From: a virus
Lineage: Duplodnaviria > Caudoviricetes
Virus record (IMG/VR): IMGVR_UViG_3300017747_002435
Span: 1-28,863 of that record
Length of the DNA stretch: 28,863 nucleotides
Direction: 5' to 3' (one strand)
Shown here: positions 16,712 to 26,183 of the stretch, in pieces
Layout: each line of letters opens with the position of its first letter
Numbering within the stretch: the first letter of the stretch is position 1
Program-made: the position numbers and the translations under genes
Notes under the pieces: generated by a model
Database searches by the model: none
What the model was told of the DNA's origin: nothing
What the model saw: the letters and a program-made list of their open reading frames with translations, nothing else

Positions 16712-16805
16712 AATAACTTTATATCCAATTTTAACCCTTTTAGGAATATACATAGGAACAATAACAGCGTGTTACATTTTTTCATTTTTTAGCGATAAGT
16801 TTTAA
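16698..16805 (+). CDS. Small TM peptide (35 aa)
   Basis: MKLLKITLYPILTLLGIYIGTITACYIFSFFSDKF; read manually. Confidence 0.45.
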   Translation: MKLLKITLYPILTLLGIYIGTITACYIFSFFSDKF

Positions 16806-16861
16806 ATTTAGATTAGTCTAAAAAAAATTTTTATATTTGTTGAAAATATCAATTGAATTCA

Positions 16862-17161
16862 ATGCCATTTGTAAAAGGTAAAAGCGGAAACGAAAAAGGA
16901 AAACCAAAGGGAGTAAAGTCGGGTAAGACTTTAATATTAGATACTTTTTGTCAGGACATCATTGAGGGCGGTATAGAGCGTTTTAATGATTCAATGAACA
17001 AGTTAGCCGAAAAGAATCCTAAAATGTATGTAGACGCTTATTTGAGCTTATTAGAATATGTTAAACCAAAGTTAGCACGACACGACACAACAGTAGACAC
17101 TAAAGGCGAATTGACTATTAAGTGGGAAGAAATAAGGACTTACGAGAAAGAAAAAGAATAA
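16862..17161 (+). CDS. terS: Terminase small subunit
   Basis: MPFVKGKSGN..GKPKG N-terminus, LLEYVKPKL; upstream of terL; -7 element TATATTTG at 16832-16839. Confidence 0.75.
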   Translation: MPFVKGKSGNEKGKPKGVKSGKTLILDTFCQDIIEGGIERFNDSMNKLAEKNPKMYVDAYLSLLEYVKPKLARHDTTVDTKGELTIKWEEIRTYEKEKE

Positions 17162-17187
17162 TTTTCTAAACGATACCGATAAAACAA

Positions 17188-18488
17188 GTGATTTTAACTA
17201 AAAAGCAAACAATAGCCCTCGATTTACTTGAAGACAAAAATACACGTCAGATAGTATTCGGGGGCGGCTAAATGGGGCAGGTTCAGCTAAATCCTTTTTA
17301 GGATGTTATTGGATTTTAAAAAGTGCTATTCGTTACCCAAAAACACGTTGGCTTATAGGGCGTGCTGTTTTAAAAACTTTAAAAGATACTACATTGAACT
17401 CTTTTTTTGACGTTTGCACGCTTCAAGGCTTAAAAGCAGGGGAACATTATACTTACAACGCTCAATCGAACATTATAACTTTATTCAATGGTTCTACAAT
17501 TTTATTAAAAGATTTAGAGCAATATCCGAGCGACCCTAATTTCGACGAGTTAGGTTCATTAGAAATAACAGGCGCATTTGTGGATGAGGTTAATCAAATA
17601 ACCGAAAAGGCGTGGAATATTGTACGTTCTCGTATTAGGTACAAATTAGACGATTATAGTTTAATACCTAAAATGTTAGGCACTTGTAACCCCGATAAAG
17701 GATTTATATATCAAAATTTCTACAAACCTTTTAAGGATGGCACCCTTGACAATGACAAAGCATTTATTCAAGCATTAGTTACGGACAACCCATTCATAAG
17801 CGAATATTACATAGAAAACTTAAAGTCATTAGACAAAATAAGTAAAGAACGTTTATTATATGGCAATTGGGAATACAATAACAACGACCTTGCATTAATT
17901 GAATACGACGCTATTTCAGACCTTTACACGAACGAACACGCAAAAAGTGGGAATTTATACATTACTGCGGATATAGCACGATATGGGGCAGATACAAGCG
18001 TAATATGCATATGGAATGGTTTTAAGTGTGAGCAAATTATAGTTAGAAGTAAAGAAAATGTTAAAGAAATAGCAGATTTAATAAAAGGATTAGCAAGTGT
18101 TAAAGCAATACCAATGAGCAGGATAGTTGTGGATTCCGATGGTGTAGGCGGCGGTGTAGCGGATATATTAGCTTGTAAAAACTTTATTAATAATTCAAAA
18201 GCACTTAAAGGTAATTATGTTAATTTAAAATCAGAGTGTTATTATATGCTATCTGAAAAAATTAATAAGAGAGAGATATACGTTAAATGTGATGACATTG
18301 AAATTAGAAAAAAACTCAATGAAGAACTTGAATATGTTTGGAGACATAACCCTGATAAAGATACAAAGTTGGCTGTAATGCCTAAAGAAAAAGTAAAAGA
18401 AAAATTAGGTAGAAGCCCTGACATATCAGACGCTCTTATGATGAGAATGTATTTTGAATTAAACAGTCAAGACTTTTTCGTGATATAG
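17188..18488 (+). CDS. terL: Terminase large subunit, interrupted in Walker A (stop and frame change at 17269-17276)
   Basis: GTG 17188 MILTKKQ...IVFGGG*, then AGSAKS from 17277; Walker B FVDE, GTCNP, nuclease TADIARYGAD and SPDISDA. Confidence 0.9.
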
Positions 18489-18491
18489 ATT

Positions 18492-18524
18492 TGCTAAAAA
18501 TTTTAGTAAAAATTAGTATATTTG
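18492..18524 (+). promoter_or_regulatory. Late-promoter motif upstream of portal (partly duplicated)
   Basis: TGCTAAAAATTTTAGTA-AAAATTAG-TATATTTG. Confidence 0.7.
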
Positions 18525-18540
18525 TTGTAAATTATTATAT

Positions 18541-19818
18541 ATGAATATATTCCAAAAGGCTTTCAACGCAATATTTGGCGAAACAGTAGCTAATAAATTA
18601 AATCAAGCTATATATCAATTATTTAACGGATATTTTTTTACACTTTCAAGAAACAAAGAAACATTTGTAAAAGAAGGGTATCAAAAAAACATTTCTGTAT
18701 ATTCAGCAATTAAGTTAATCGCAGGCAAGGCAGCAAATGCAGAGTTTTACGCATATACTTACAAAGGGGATAAAAAAGAAAAACTGCCTGCAATGCATTA
18801 CGTTAATAAGATTTTAAAAAAGCCGAATGAACTTCAAAGAATGCAACAATTTATCGAAGCGGGGGTAAGTTGGTTGCAAATTACAGGAGATGTATATATA
18901 TATAAATTACCATTAGTTACAGGGGAAGACAAAGGAAAAGTTAATAAACTTTATTATCTACCTGCTCAATATGTAGAAATTATTGGAGGTGGAATAGCAG
19001 AGCCAGTAACAGGCTACAAAATGACAATAGGTGACCAAACTGTATTTTTTACAAAAGATGAAGTTGTACATTTATCTTATTTTAACCCTAATTACGGAAT
19101 TGATGGGCAACAATTATACGGTCAAAGTCCATTAGAAGCAGCGCTAAATACTGTTCAATCAAGTAACGAGGGAATGAATACCAAAATCAAATCGTTTTTG
19201 AATGGTGGTGTTCACGGTTTATTGACAAGTGCGGACAAAGACCAGACTATTTCGGTTGAGCAAATGAGCCAAGTACAGGAAATGATTCATCAAAAGATTA
19301 CAGGTTCAGCAAATGCCAAAGGTATAACCGCTACTCCTGCAATGTTAAGCTATCAACAAATAGGGATGAGTCCCGCTGATTTAGAAGTCATTAAGTCTAT
19401 TCAGTTTGATGAAGAAATGATTTTAAAGGCTTTCGGTATAGACCCTATTTTATTTTCAAAAGATTCTGCAAGCTACAATAACAAAAAGGAAGCGTCAAAG
19501 ACTTTAGTTTATAACGTAATTGTTCCAATATTAAACTTAATGTGTGAACTTTATACGGATTGTTTTAACGATCCAAATGTGTTTATTGGTTACGACATTT
19601 CACACTTTGAGGAAACACAACAAGACTTAAAAACGCAAGTAGAAATGCTTGATAAAGCGTGGTGGATAAGTCCAAATGAAAAACGTGAAATGATGGCAAA
19701 AGAAAAAAGTTTAGATATTTTGATGGATAAAATATACATTCCAAGTTCATACGTTCCTATTGATGAAGTTTCTGTGCCATTAGATGCTAATTTAAAAAAC
19801 TTTGATTACAAAGACTAA
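18541..19818 (+). CDS. HK97-family portal protein
   Basis: VYSAIKLIA, KPN, GDVYI, YGQSPL, AFGIDP and ISPNEKRE motifs. Confidence 0.95.
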   Translation: MNIFQKAFNAIFGETVANKLNQAIYQLFNGYFFTLSRNKETFVKEGYQKNISVYSAIKLIAGKAANAEFYAYTYKGDKKEKLPAMHYVNKILKKPNELQRMQQFIEAGVSWLQITGDVYIYKLPLVTGEDKGKVNKLYYLPAQYVEIIGGGIAEPVTGYKMTIGDQTVFFTKDEVVHLSYFNPNYGIDGQQLYGQSPLEAALNTVQSSNEGMNTKIKSFLNGGVHGLLTSADKDQTISVEQMSQVQEMIHQKITGSANAKGITATPAMLSYQQIGMSPADLEVIKSIQFDEEMILKAFGIDPILFSKDSASYNNKKEASKTLVYNVIVPILNLMCELYTDCFNDPNVFIGYDISHFEETQQDLKTQVEMLDKAWWISPNEKREMMAKEKSLDILMDKIYIPSSYVPIDEVSVPLDANLKNFDYKD

Positions 19819-20621
19819 TGACCGACAAAGACATAACCAAACTTGCAAAAGAATGGGAAACATTAGCCGAAAAACTTTATTTATTAGGCTATAAAAAGTT
19901 TTCAGTAGCTTTAAGAAAGTCCATTGAGCCTTTAATAAATTATATTGAAACCACAGGTGTTTATCCTACTGAATTGGCTAATCTTTTAGTTACTCAAATA
20001 CCTATAAGCACAGCTATGAATGAGTTTGTACCATTGGTAGCAGATAGAACAGCTAAAAACTTTTATAAATCTTATCTTAAGTTTTTGCCCGAAACTGCAG
20101 GCATAGCGGTTGGGTTTTCAAGTGAAGCGTTTACGGCAGGAATGACAGAATATTTAAACACAGTTGGTTTAAAGCATATAACAGAAATTACAGAAACCAC
20201 TCGTAAATTAGTTAACCAAGCATTTAGGGATTCATTAGAAAACGGCGAAACTACTGCGCAATTAGTAAAAAGAATTGAGAAATACACAGGAATGGGCAAG
20301 TCAAGGGCAATGTTAATTTCAAGAACTGAAACCTTAATGAGTAGCGCAAGAGCAAAGGAACTACAGGAACAAGAATACCCATTTGAAATGGATGTTTTGT
20401 GGATTCACGATGCGCCAAAAGAGCCGAGAAGTTGGCACGTTAACTTAAATAGACAAGTAAGGCAAGGCGATAAGTTTAAAGTAGTTAGTCCCGATGGCGT
20501 TACTTATTATATGAAATATGCTGGCGATCCTGCGGGTGGTGCGATAAATAACTGTAACTGCAAATGCACCCATATATACAAAGTTAAACGAGATTCAGAG
20601 GGTAACCCTATAAATAAATGA
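19818..20621 (+). CDS. Head morphogenesis protein (Mu gpF/SPP1 gp7-like)
   Basis: RAMLISRTE, R..H and GDP.......NCNCKC motifs; after portal. Confidence 0.85.
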   Translation: MTDKDITKLAKEWETLAEKLYLLGYKKFSVALRKSIEPLINYIETTGVYPTELANLLVTQIPISTAMNEFVPLVADRTAKNFYKSYLKFLPETAGIAVGFSSEAFTAGMTEYLNTVGLKHITEITETTRKLVNQAFRDSLENGETTAQLVKRIEKYTGMGKSRAMLISRTETLMSSARAKELQEQEYPFEMDVLWIHDAPKEPRSWHVNLNRQVRQGDKFKVVSPDGVTYYMKYAGDPAGGAINNCNCKCTHIYKVKRDSEGNPINK

Positions 20622-21433
20622 AAATCTTATTTATTACGTGCTTTTACAACCGACCACAAATAAGTAAACTATATTTATTAGGACTTGAACGATTAAAAAA
20701 GGTACACGATTTAGATGTACTTGTTTATTGTTCTGATGAGAAAAGTTTAAGGTTATGCGAAAATGAGGGAATAACACACTATTATTACGAAAATTTGCCA
20801 TTAGGTAAAAAGCACAACGAGTTATATAATGAAGCTATAAAAAAGAATTACGACTATATAATTCATTCGGGCGACGACAATGTAATGAGCGATAATTTGT
20901 TTAGTCTTTATATTAATGAGTTTAAAAAAGGTAGCGAATACATTAAATCAAAAGGACTTTATTTTTACAAAGGTGGCAGGGTATTAGAGTTTCATCCGGA
21001 AAATACATTTGGTGCCTTTAGAGCGTTTAAAGTGTCAATGTTAAGAGATTTAGTAAGTTGTATAATTACTTTTACTGAAACTATCAATGTTGGAGGTAGA
21101 ACTTACGAGCAAGGCAAAAAGTACAAAATGCCTAAATATCAAGCCGAGTACTATGTAAAAAAAAACAAAGCAAATAACTTAATTGAAACAGAATTAGAGT
21201 TGTACGATAATAATATTAACTTTGGGTTAGATTTTTCAAGTGAAAGCACAATATTAGAAGCAAGGGTAAAAGAAACAATAATATCCACCATTAAGCCTGA
21301 AATTATAGACTTTAAGAGCGAACAAAACATTTGGAAGTTTGAAAGGTATTATACAATGTGCAAGGATGCTAAAAAAGAGGAGATTTATAGGATAATAGGC
21401 GAAGAGGAAAAAGAATATTTAAATAGTTTGTAG
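20618..21433 (+). CDS. GT2-like glycosyltransferase
   Basis: ILFITCFYNRP, N.PLGKKHN and YDYIIHSGDDN (DxD-like). Confidence 0.7.
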   Translation: MKILFITCFYNRPQISKLYLLGLERLKKVHDLDVLVYCSDEKSLRLCENEGITHYYYENLPLGKKHNELYNEAIKKNYDYIIHSGDDNVMSDNLFSLYINEFKKGSEYIKSKGLYFYKGGRVLEFHPENTFGAFRAFKVSMLRDLVSCIITFTETINVGGRTYEQGKKYKMPKYQAEYYVKKNKANNLIETELELYDNNINFGLDFSSESTILEARVKETIISTIKPEIIDFKSEQNIWKFERYYTMCKDAKKEEIYRIIGEEEKEYLNSL

Positions 21434-21450
21434 TTTTAAAATTTGTTTAA

Positions 21451-21478
21451 GCCTTACAGAAATGTAGGGTTTTTTTTT
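21451..21478 (+). terminator. Rho-independent terminator
   Basis: GCCTTACA-GAAA-TGTAGGGT followed by a T-run. Confidence 0.9.
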
Positions 21479-21492
21479 GCCATTTTGATAAT

Positions 21493-21515
21493 TGCTAAAA
21501 TTTTTAGTAAATTTG
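21493..21515 (+). promoter_or_regulatory. Late-promoter motif upstream of protease/capsid
   Basis: TGCTAAAATTTTTAG-TAAATTTG. Confidence 0.75.
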
Positions 21516-21528
21516 TTTAAAAATATGT

Positions 21529-22221
21529 ATGAAAGAAATACAATATAAAAACTATAACGCTTCTATTAGCGATTTAGATGTTAAGAATGGAGTTATTACA
21601 GGTTATTTTTCAGAGTTTGGTTCTCCCGACTATGATGGCGATATTATGGAACGTGGATGTTTCAAAAAGTCTATTGCAGAAAGAGGGCCTAACGGGAAGA
21701 ACGAAATTAAGTTTTTATGGCAGCACGATAGTTGGAAGCCATTAGGGCCTATACAAGTCTTAAAAGAGGATTCCAAAGGCTTATATTTTGAAGCTAAAAT
21801 ATCAGATACTACTTATGGATTAGATGCTTTGAAACTTTATCGAGATGGTGTTATTAATCAGCATAGTATCGGTTTTCAAACTATTAAAAGCATTGAAGAG
21901 CAAATTAGTGAGGATAAGGAAGTAACACGCATCACAGAGGTTAAGCTATGGGAAGGTTCGGCAGTTACTTGGGGAGCTAACCCTAATACCCCATTTAACG
22001 GATTTAAGGGAATGGGAATTAAAGAAAAAGAAGACAGAATAAAACTATTAGTAAAAACTATCAGAGGTGGCGATTTAACAGATGAAACCTATTCTTTGAT
22101 AGAATACGAAATATTAAAATTGACAAGTTCAGTTAATGAAACAAAGGAAGCCGTTAATAGCACTTCTATTGAAACTAACCCGAACACGATTAGCGAATTT
22201 AGAAAATTGTTAAACCTTTAA
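21529..22221 (+). CDS. HK97 prohead protease
   Basis: GYFS.F...D..GD, LWQHD, EDSKGL, SIGF and EGSAVTWGAN motifs. Confidence 0.95.
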   Translation: MKEIQYKNYNASISDLDVKNGVITGYFSEFGSPDYDGDIMERGCFKKSIAERGPNGKNEIKFLWQHDSWKPLGPIQVLKEDSKGLYFEAKISDTTYGLDALKLYRDGVINQHSIGFQTIKSIEEQISEDKEVTRITEVKLWEGSAVTWGANPNTPFNGFKGMGIKEKEDRIKLLVKTIRGGDLTDETYSLIEYEILKLTSSVNETKEAVNSTSIETNPNTISEFRKLLNL

Positions 22222-22231
22222 AAATTAAAAA

Positions 22232-23434
22232 ATGGAACAAGAATTAAAATCATTAGCTGAAGACTTAAAAGCAAAATTTAACGGGTCTGAAACTAAATTA
22301 AAAGCGATAGAAGAAAAAATCGCTGAAATTGTAGCAAACGCTGAAAAGTCTTTAACAGACAAAGAAGCAGAAATTAAAAAAGCATTTGAAGCAGAAATTA
22401 CTTCAATCAAAGAAAGAGCAAACGAGTTAGATGCTTTAGTAGCTAAAAAAGCAAAAGAAGAATCAGAAAAAGCTCCTAAAACATTAGGGGAAGCATTATC
22501 TGCACAAGTAAAAGAAGTAGGTGGTGGAAACTACGAAAAAGGTGTTAAAGAAATTGAACTTGCATTGAAATCTGCAAACGGTTCATTCTCTATTCCTTTA
22601 AACTTGAAAGCGGTTGGCGATATGACTACTTCAGGTAACTTAACTGGTGACCCTGTAAGAACTTACAACACTCGTCAAGGATTAGTACCTTTCCAAAAGG
22701 TAAATATGCGTGACTTGATGCCGACTGTAATTTCTTCAACTGGTACATTTGTAACTTACAGAGAAACAGGCTCAGAAGGTTCTATTTCAACTCAAACTGA
22801 AGGTTCAAGCAAATCACAGATTGATTACGACTTAACTGAGATTGTAACTGTTAACTCATACATTGCAGGTTTTGCTCGTTTCTCAAAGCAATTAATGAAA
22901 AACTTACCTTTCTTAGAGGGTACGCTTTCACGTATGTTATTGAGAGATTTCTATAAAGCAGAAAACAGTGCTTTCTTTACAACTGTTTCAGGTGCTGCAA
23001 CTGGTTCAGGTACTACAAGTTCAACTACTTCGGACATCGAAGCTATCATTGACTTAATCGGTAACCAATTAGCTGCAAATTTCAATCCATCATACGCATT
23101 GGTAAATCCAAAGCAATTAGCTAAATTGATGAAAGAAACTTTCACAACTGGTTACTATGCTGGTGCAGGTGCTGTTACATTAACTCCAACAGGAATGAAT
23201 ATTTTTGGTGTTCCAGTAGTTCCTGCTTCGTTTGTAACTGACAATTATGTATTGATTGCTGATGCTGATTACCTTGAAAGAGTAGAGGTTGAGGGTGTTA
23301 ACGTTGTATTCTCATACGAAGACGCTACAAACTTCACTACTAACAAAGTAACTGCTCGTATTGAGTGTCAAGAAGCAGTAAATACTTTAAGAGTAGATTC
23401 GTTAATCTACAAAAATTTAGCGCCTATTAGCTAA
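22232..23434 (+). CDS. HK97-fold major capsid protein with N-terminal delta domain
   Basis: Coiled-coil N-terminus; EGSSK, SKQLM and FTTNKVTARIE; position. Confidence 0.95.
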   Translation: MEQELKSLAEDLKAKFNGSETKLKAIEEKIAEIVANAEKSLTDKEAEIKKAFEAEITSIKERANELDALVAKKAKEESEKAPKTLGEALSAQVKEVGGGNYEKGVKEIELALKSANGSFSIPLNLKAVGDMTTSGNLTGDPVRTYNTRQGLVPFQKVNMRDLMPTVISSTGTFVTYRETGSEGSISTQTEGSSKSQIDYDLTEIVTVNSYIAGFARFSKQLMKNLPFLEGTLSRMLLRDFYKAENSAFFTTVSGAATGSGTTSSTTSDIEAIIDLIGNQLAANFNPSYALVNPKQLAKLMKETFTTGYYAGAGAVTLTPTGMNIFGVPVVPASFVTDNYVLIADADYLERVEVEGVNVVFSYEDATNFTTNKVTARIECQEAVNTLRVDSLIYKNLAPIS

Positions 23435-23458
23435 TTTTAAGTATAAGTATAAAAATAT

Positions 23459-23491
23459 GGCAGGTATTTAATTATATCTGCCTATTTTTTT
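23459..23491 (+). terminator. Rho-independent terminator after the capsid gene
   Basis: GGCAGGTAT/ATATCTGCC stem followed by a T-run. Confidence 0.8.
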
Positions 23492-23503
23492 GTATTTTTG
23501 TGT

Positions 23504-23560
23504 GGTTCGTAATTGTTTTTTCATATAAAAGGGTTGACTTTAATTAGTCGCCCTTTTTTT
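23504..23560 (+). ncRNA. Candidate small RNA (-7 element TATTTTTG at 23493-23500, own terminator 23527-23560)
   Basis: Bounded by a promoter-like element and hairpin AAAAGGGTTGACT/AGTCGCCCTTTT; 5' part complementary to early-gene starts. Confidence 0.5.
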
Positions 23561-23572
23561 GTATCTTTGAAT

Positions 23573-23809
23573 ATGAAATTTATAGCAACGATAGACTTTT
23601 CAGGCATTGAGGGAATGCCTTTTAGGTATTACAAAGGTCACATTTACGAATTAGAAAACAACAAAACTGTTAAGAAATTAGTTAAAGTTGGCTATTTGCA
23701 AGAGTTTGAGGGTTTCAAAGAAATTAAAGAATACAAAGAAGTAATTGAAACTCCTAAAAAAAGAGGAAGAAAAACAAAAGAATCTAAAATTGATTTAGAC
23801 ACTAAATGA
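23573..23809 (+). CDS. Small capsid-associated protein
   Basis: ATG 23573 just after TATCTTTG; beta-hairpin/helix domain with PKKRGRK tail; typical post-capsid gene. Confidence 0.65.
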   Translation: MKFIATIDFSGIEGMPFRYYKGHIYELENNKTVKKLVKVGYLQEFEGFKEIKEYKEVIETPKKRGRKTKESKIDLDTK

Positions 23810-25656
23810 TTAAGACAGAAGCATATAACGAAAGTAAGCAGTTTTTAGGGTTAACGAAAAAAAATGGTGTTAAGGCAGGTAAATTGTACACACAAAAGCC
23901 GTTGGGTTTTTTTAGTGTTACAAGAAATTTAGCAGCATATAGAACAAACCAAGAAGGTGTTTTAGAGTTAATGGGTGCTAATGTTCCGAGAATAGATTAC
24001 CCGATTACAATATTAGAGCCTGCAAGAACTAATTTAATTTTATATAGTCAAGAATTTGATAATGCTGCGTGGATAAAAACAGCATCAAGCATTACTGCAA
24101 ATATAATTAATGCGCCCGATGGTACTTTAACTGCAGATAAATTAGTAGAAAACTCATCTACTGGTTTGCATTATATGCAACAGTCTTTTTCTCATTTTGC
24201 AGGTCAAACATATACTATTAGTTTTTATGTAAAATCCGCCGAACGTTCAAGTTTATTAATACAAACAAATTCAGGTTTTAACGTACAATTAGCATCGGGG
24301 CAATTTATCAATACAAATAACGGGTTACCTCTTAATACTTTAACTGGTGTAACTGTAACAAGTCAATCATTACCAAATAATTGGTTTAGAATTTCAATAT
24401 CGTGCGTTTGTGCATCCACTGGAACTTCTAATATATTTTTTTTATTAGCAGTAGGAACAACAATTTCTTATACTGGTAACGGGGTAAACGGTTTATTTTT
24501 ATGGGGCGCACAATTAGAAACAGGAAACACTGCTACTGCGTACATTCCCACAACTAACGCACCTGTAACCGTTCCTGCTGTAATTGAAGCGCAATGTCCC
24601 GAATTATTAGTGGAAAATGAAGCTACAAATAGATTTTTACAAAGTCAAAATTTATCTTCTGCAACGTGGACTAAAACAGCTGTAATCAATTCAAGCACAC
24701 AAGTAGCACCTGATGGCACAAATACAGCATTTGGAATGCAAGACAATAGTCCAAGCTCGTTTTTGTTTTTTTCACAAAATAATACAATAGTAACAAATAC
24801 AAACTACACACATTCCTATTTTATAAAAAAATCATTTGTTCCATTAACATTTTACAGTGGTTTGGATATTTTTTCAAGTGGCAATAATATTAGAATTATC
24901 TTAAACAATTATAATGGCACAGCGGTAACTTCACAAAGTGGCACTGCTACACTTGTATCTACAAAAATAGAAGATTATGTTGACTATTATAGAGTGTCAA
25001 TAACTTATAAATTTGCAAGTAATACTTCTATTATTTTTTATCATTACCCAGCTATTTCTACAAATGGTACTACAACAAACGCTGCGGCACAAGGAATAAA
25101 TATATATTGGGGGTTTCAAAATGAGTTAGGAAACAAGGCTACTTCATACATTCCTACAACAACAACAATTGTAACACGCCCTGCTGACAATGTACGAAAT
25201 AATACAATAGGATATGACAACGAAGAAAGTACAATTTTTGTAAGAGCAAGGTTAAACTTTACAACTGATTATCAAGGAATTGCTACTTTGTGGGATGGCG
25301 ACGATATATACAATGGCTATATAACTATGTATTATTATATAAGTGGTGGAGTTAGATATATAGCGTTTGATACTTATAATGGTTCTGATACAAACCAATA
25401 TTTATACACAGCACCGAGCGATGGTGTTTATAGTATTGCTTTTGCATATAATACAACATCGGGTGGTTATAAAATAGCTATAAATGGTGTTTTGATAAGT
25501 GACGACGCATTCCCGAACGATTTACCAAGTTATACACTATTAACTCAAATGACATTGGGTTCATTTTTAACTTATTTTAATTCAAGAACAAAAGGCTTTA
25601 TGTATTTTGATTCAATGTTAGACAATGACAGTTTAGAAAATTTAACAGTACAATAA
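23806..25656 (+). CDS. Head fibre/spike-like protein with two tandem carbohydrate-binding-like domains
   Basis: Internal repeat E..RTNL..SQ....W...APDGT.TA...WG.Q.E.G..AT.YIPTT twice; C-terminal LamG-like region. Confidence 0.7.
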   Translation: MIKTEAYNESKQFLGLTKKNGVKAGKLYTQKPLGFFSVTRNLAAYRTNQEGVLELMGANVPRIDYPITILEPARTNLILYSQEFDNAAWIKTASSITANIINAPDGTLTADKLVENSSTGLHYMQQSFSHFAGQTYTISFYVKSAERSSLLIQTNSGFNVQLASGQFINTNNGLPLNTLTGVTVTSQSLPNNWFRISISCVCASTGTSNIFFLLAVGTTISYTGNGVNGLFLWGAQLETGNTATAYIPTTNAPVTVPAVIEAQCPELLVENEATNRFLQSQNLSSATWTKTAVINSSTQVAPDGTNTAFGMQDNSPSSFLFFSQNNTIVTNTNYTHSYFIKKSFVPLTFYSGLDIFSSGNNIRIILNNYNGTAVTSQSGTATLVSTKIEDYVDYYRVSITYKFASNTSIIFYHYPAISTNGTTTNAAAQGINIYWGFQNELGNKATSYIPTTTTIVTRPADNVRNNTIGYDNEESTIFVRARLNFTTDYQGIATLWDGDDIYNGYITMYYYISGGVRYIAFDTYNGSDTNQYLYTAPSDGVYSIAFAYNTTSGGYKIAINGVLISDDAFPNDLPSYTLLTQMTLGSFLTYFNSRTKGFMYFDSMLDNDSLENLTVQ

Positions 25657-25658
25657 AA

Positions 25659-26183
25659 ATGGAAGTACAAATATTACAAGATTTGGCAAGTGAGCCAGTA
25701 ACTTTGCAAGAAGTTCGAGATTATTTAAGAATAACCACAACGGCAGAAGACGACACGTTGAACATTTTAATAACTTCTGCGCGTGAAAGATTAGAAAAAT
25801 ACACTTGTTTGAGTTTTGGCGAAAAAGAGTTAAAGGTTCGTTGGGATGCTTTAGATTCTACGGTTTACGGCAAGGAATTACCATATCAACCTAACGCAGA
25901 TGTTACAGAATGCGAAAACGACAATGGAGATACTATTTCATACGAATTAAAAGGACTTGAATACAAAAAGATTTATTTATATGGTAGTGCAGGGGTAAAT
26001 GTTACTTATACAGCAGGGTTTGAAACATTGCCTAAAGGCTTAAAAAATGCTTTGTTAAAAGAAATAGCAACGGAATACGAACAAAGGGAAAATTTTATTT
26101 TAGATGCAAGTGGAGAGCCTTTAAGTAACGATGCAAAAAGATTATGCTCATCTTATACAAGAAATTTATGGTTGGGAAATTAA
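25659..26183 (+). CDS. Head-tail connector (gp6-like)
   Basis: EPVTLQEVRDYLRI...D..L..LI.SARE..EKY, YTAGF..LP and YEQRE. Confidence 0.9.
   Translation: MEVQILQDLASEPVTLQEVRDYLRITTTAEDDTLNILITSARERLEKYTCLSFGEKELKVRWDALDSTVYGKELPYQPNADVTECENDNGDTISYELKGLEYKKIYLYGSAGVNVTYTAGFETLPKGLKNALLKEIATEYEQRENFILDASGEPLSNDAKRLCSSYTRNLWLGN

Noticed and set aside
17269-17277. Functional group I intron in terL
   Set aside because: 8 nt cannot form a ribozyme core; at most it is a scar.
17394-18488. terL starting at TTG 17394
   Set aside because: It would lack Walker A and the adenine-binding Q motif, which are encoded upstream.
23513-23572. ORF start at TTG 23513
   Set aside because: It runs through a terminator hairpin and a -7 element; ATG 23573 is more plausible.
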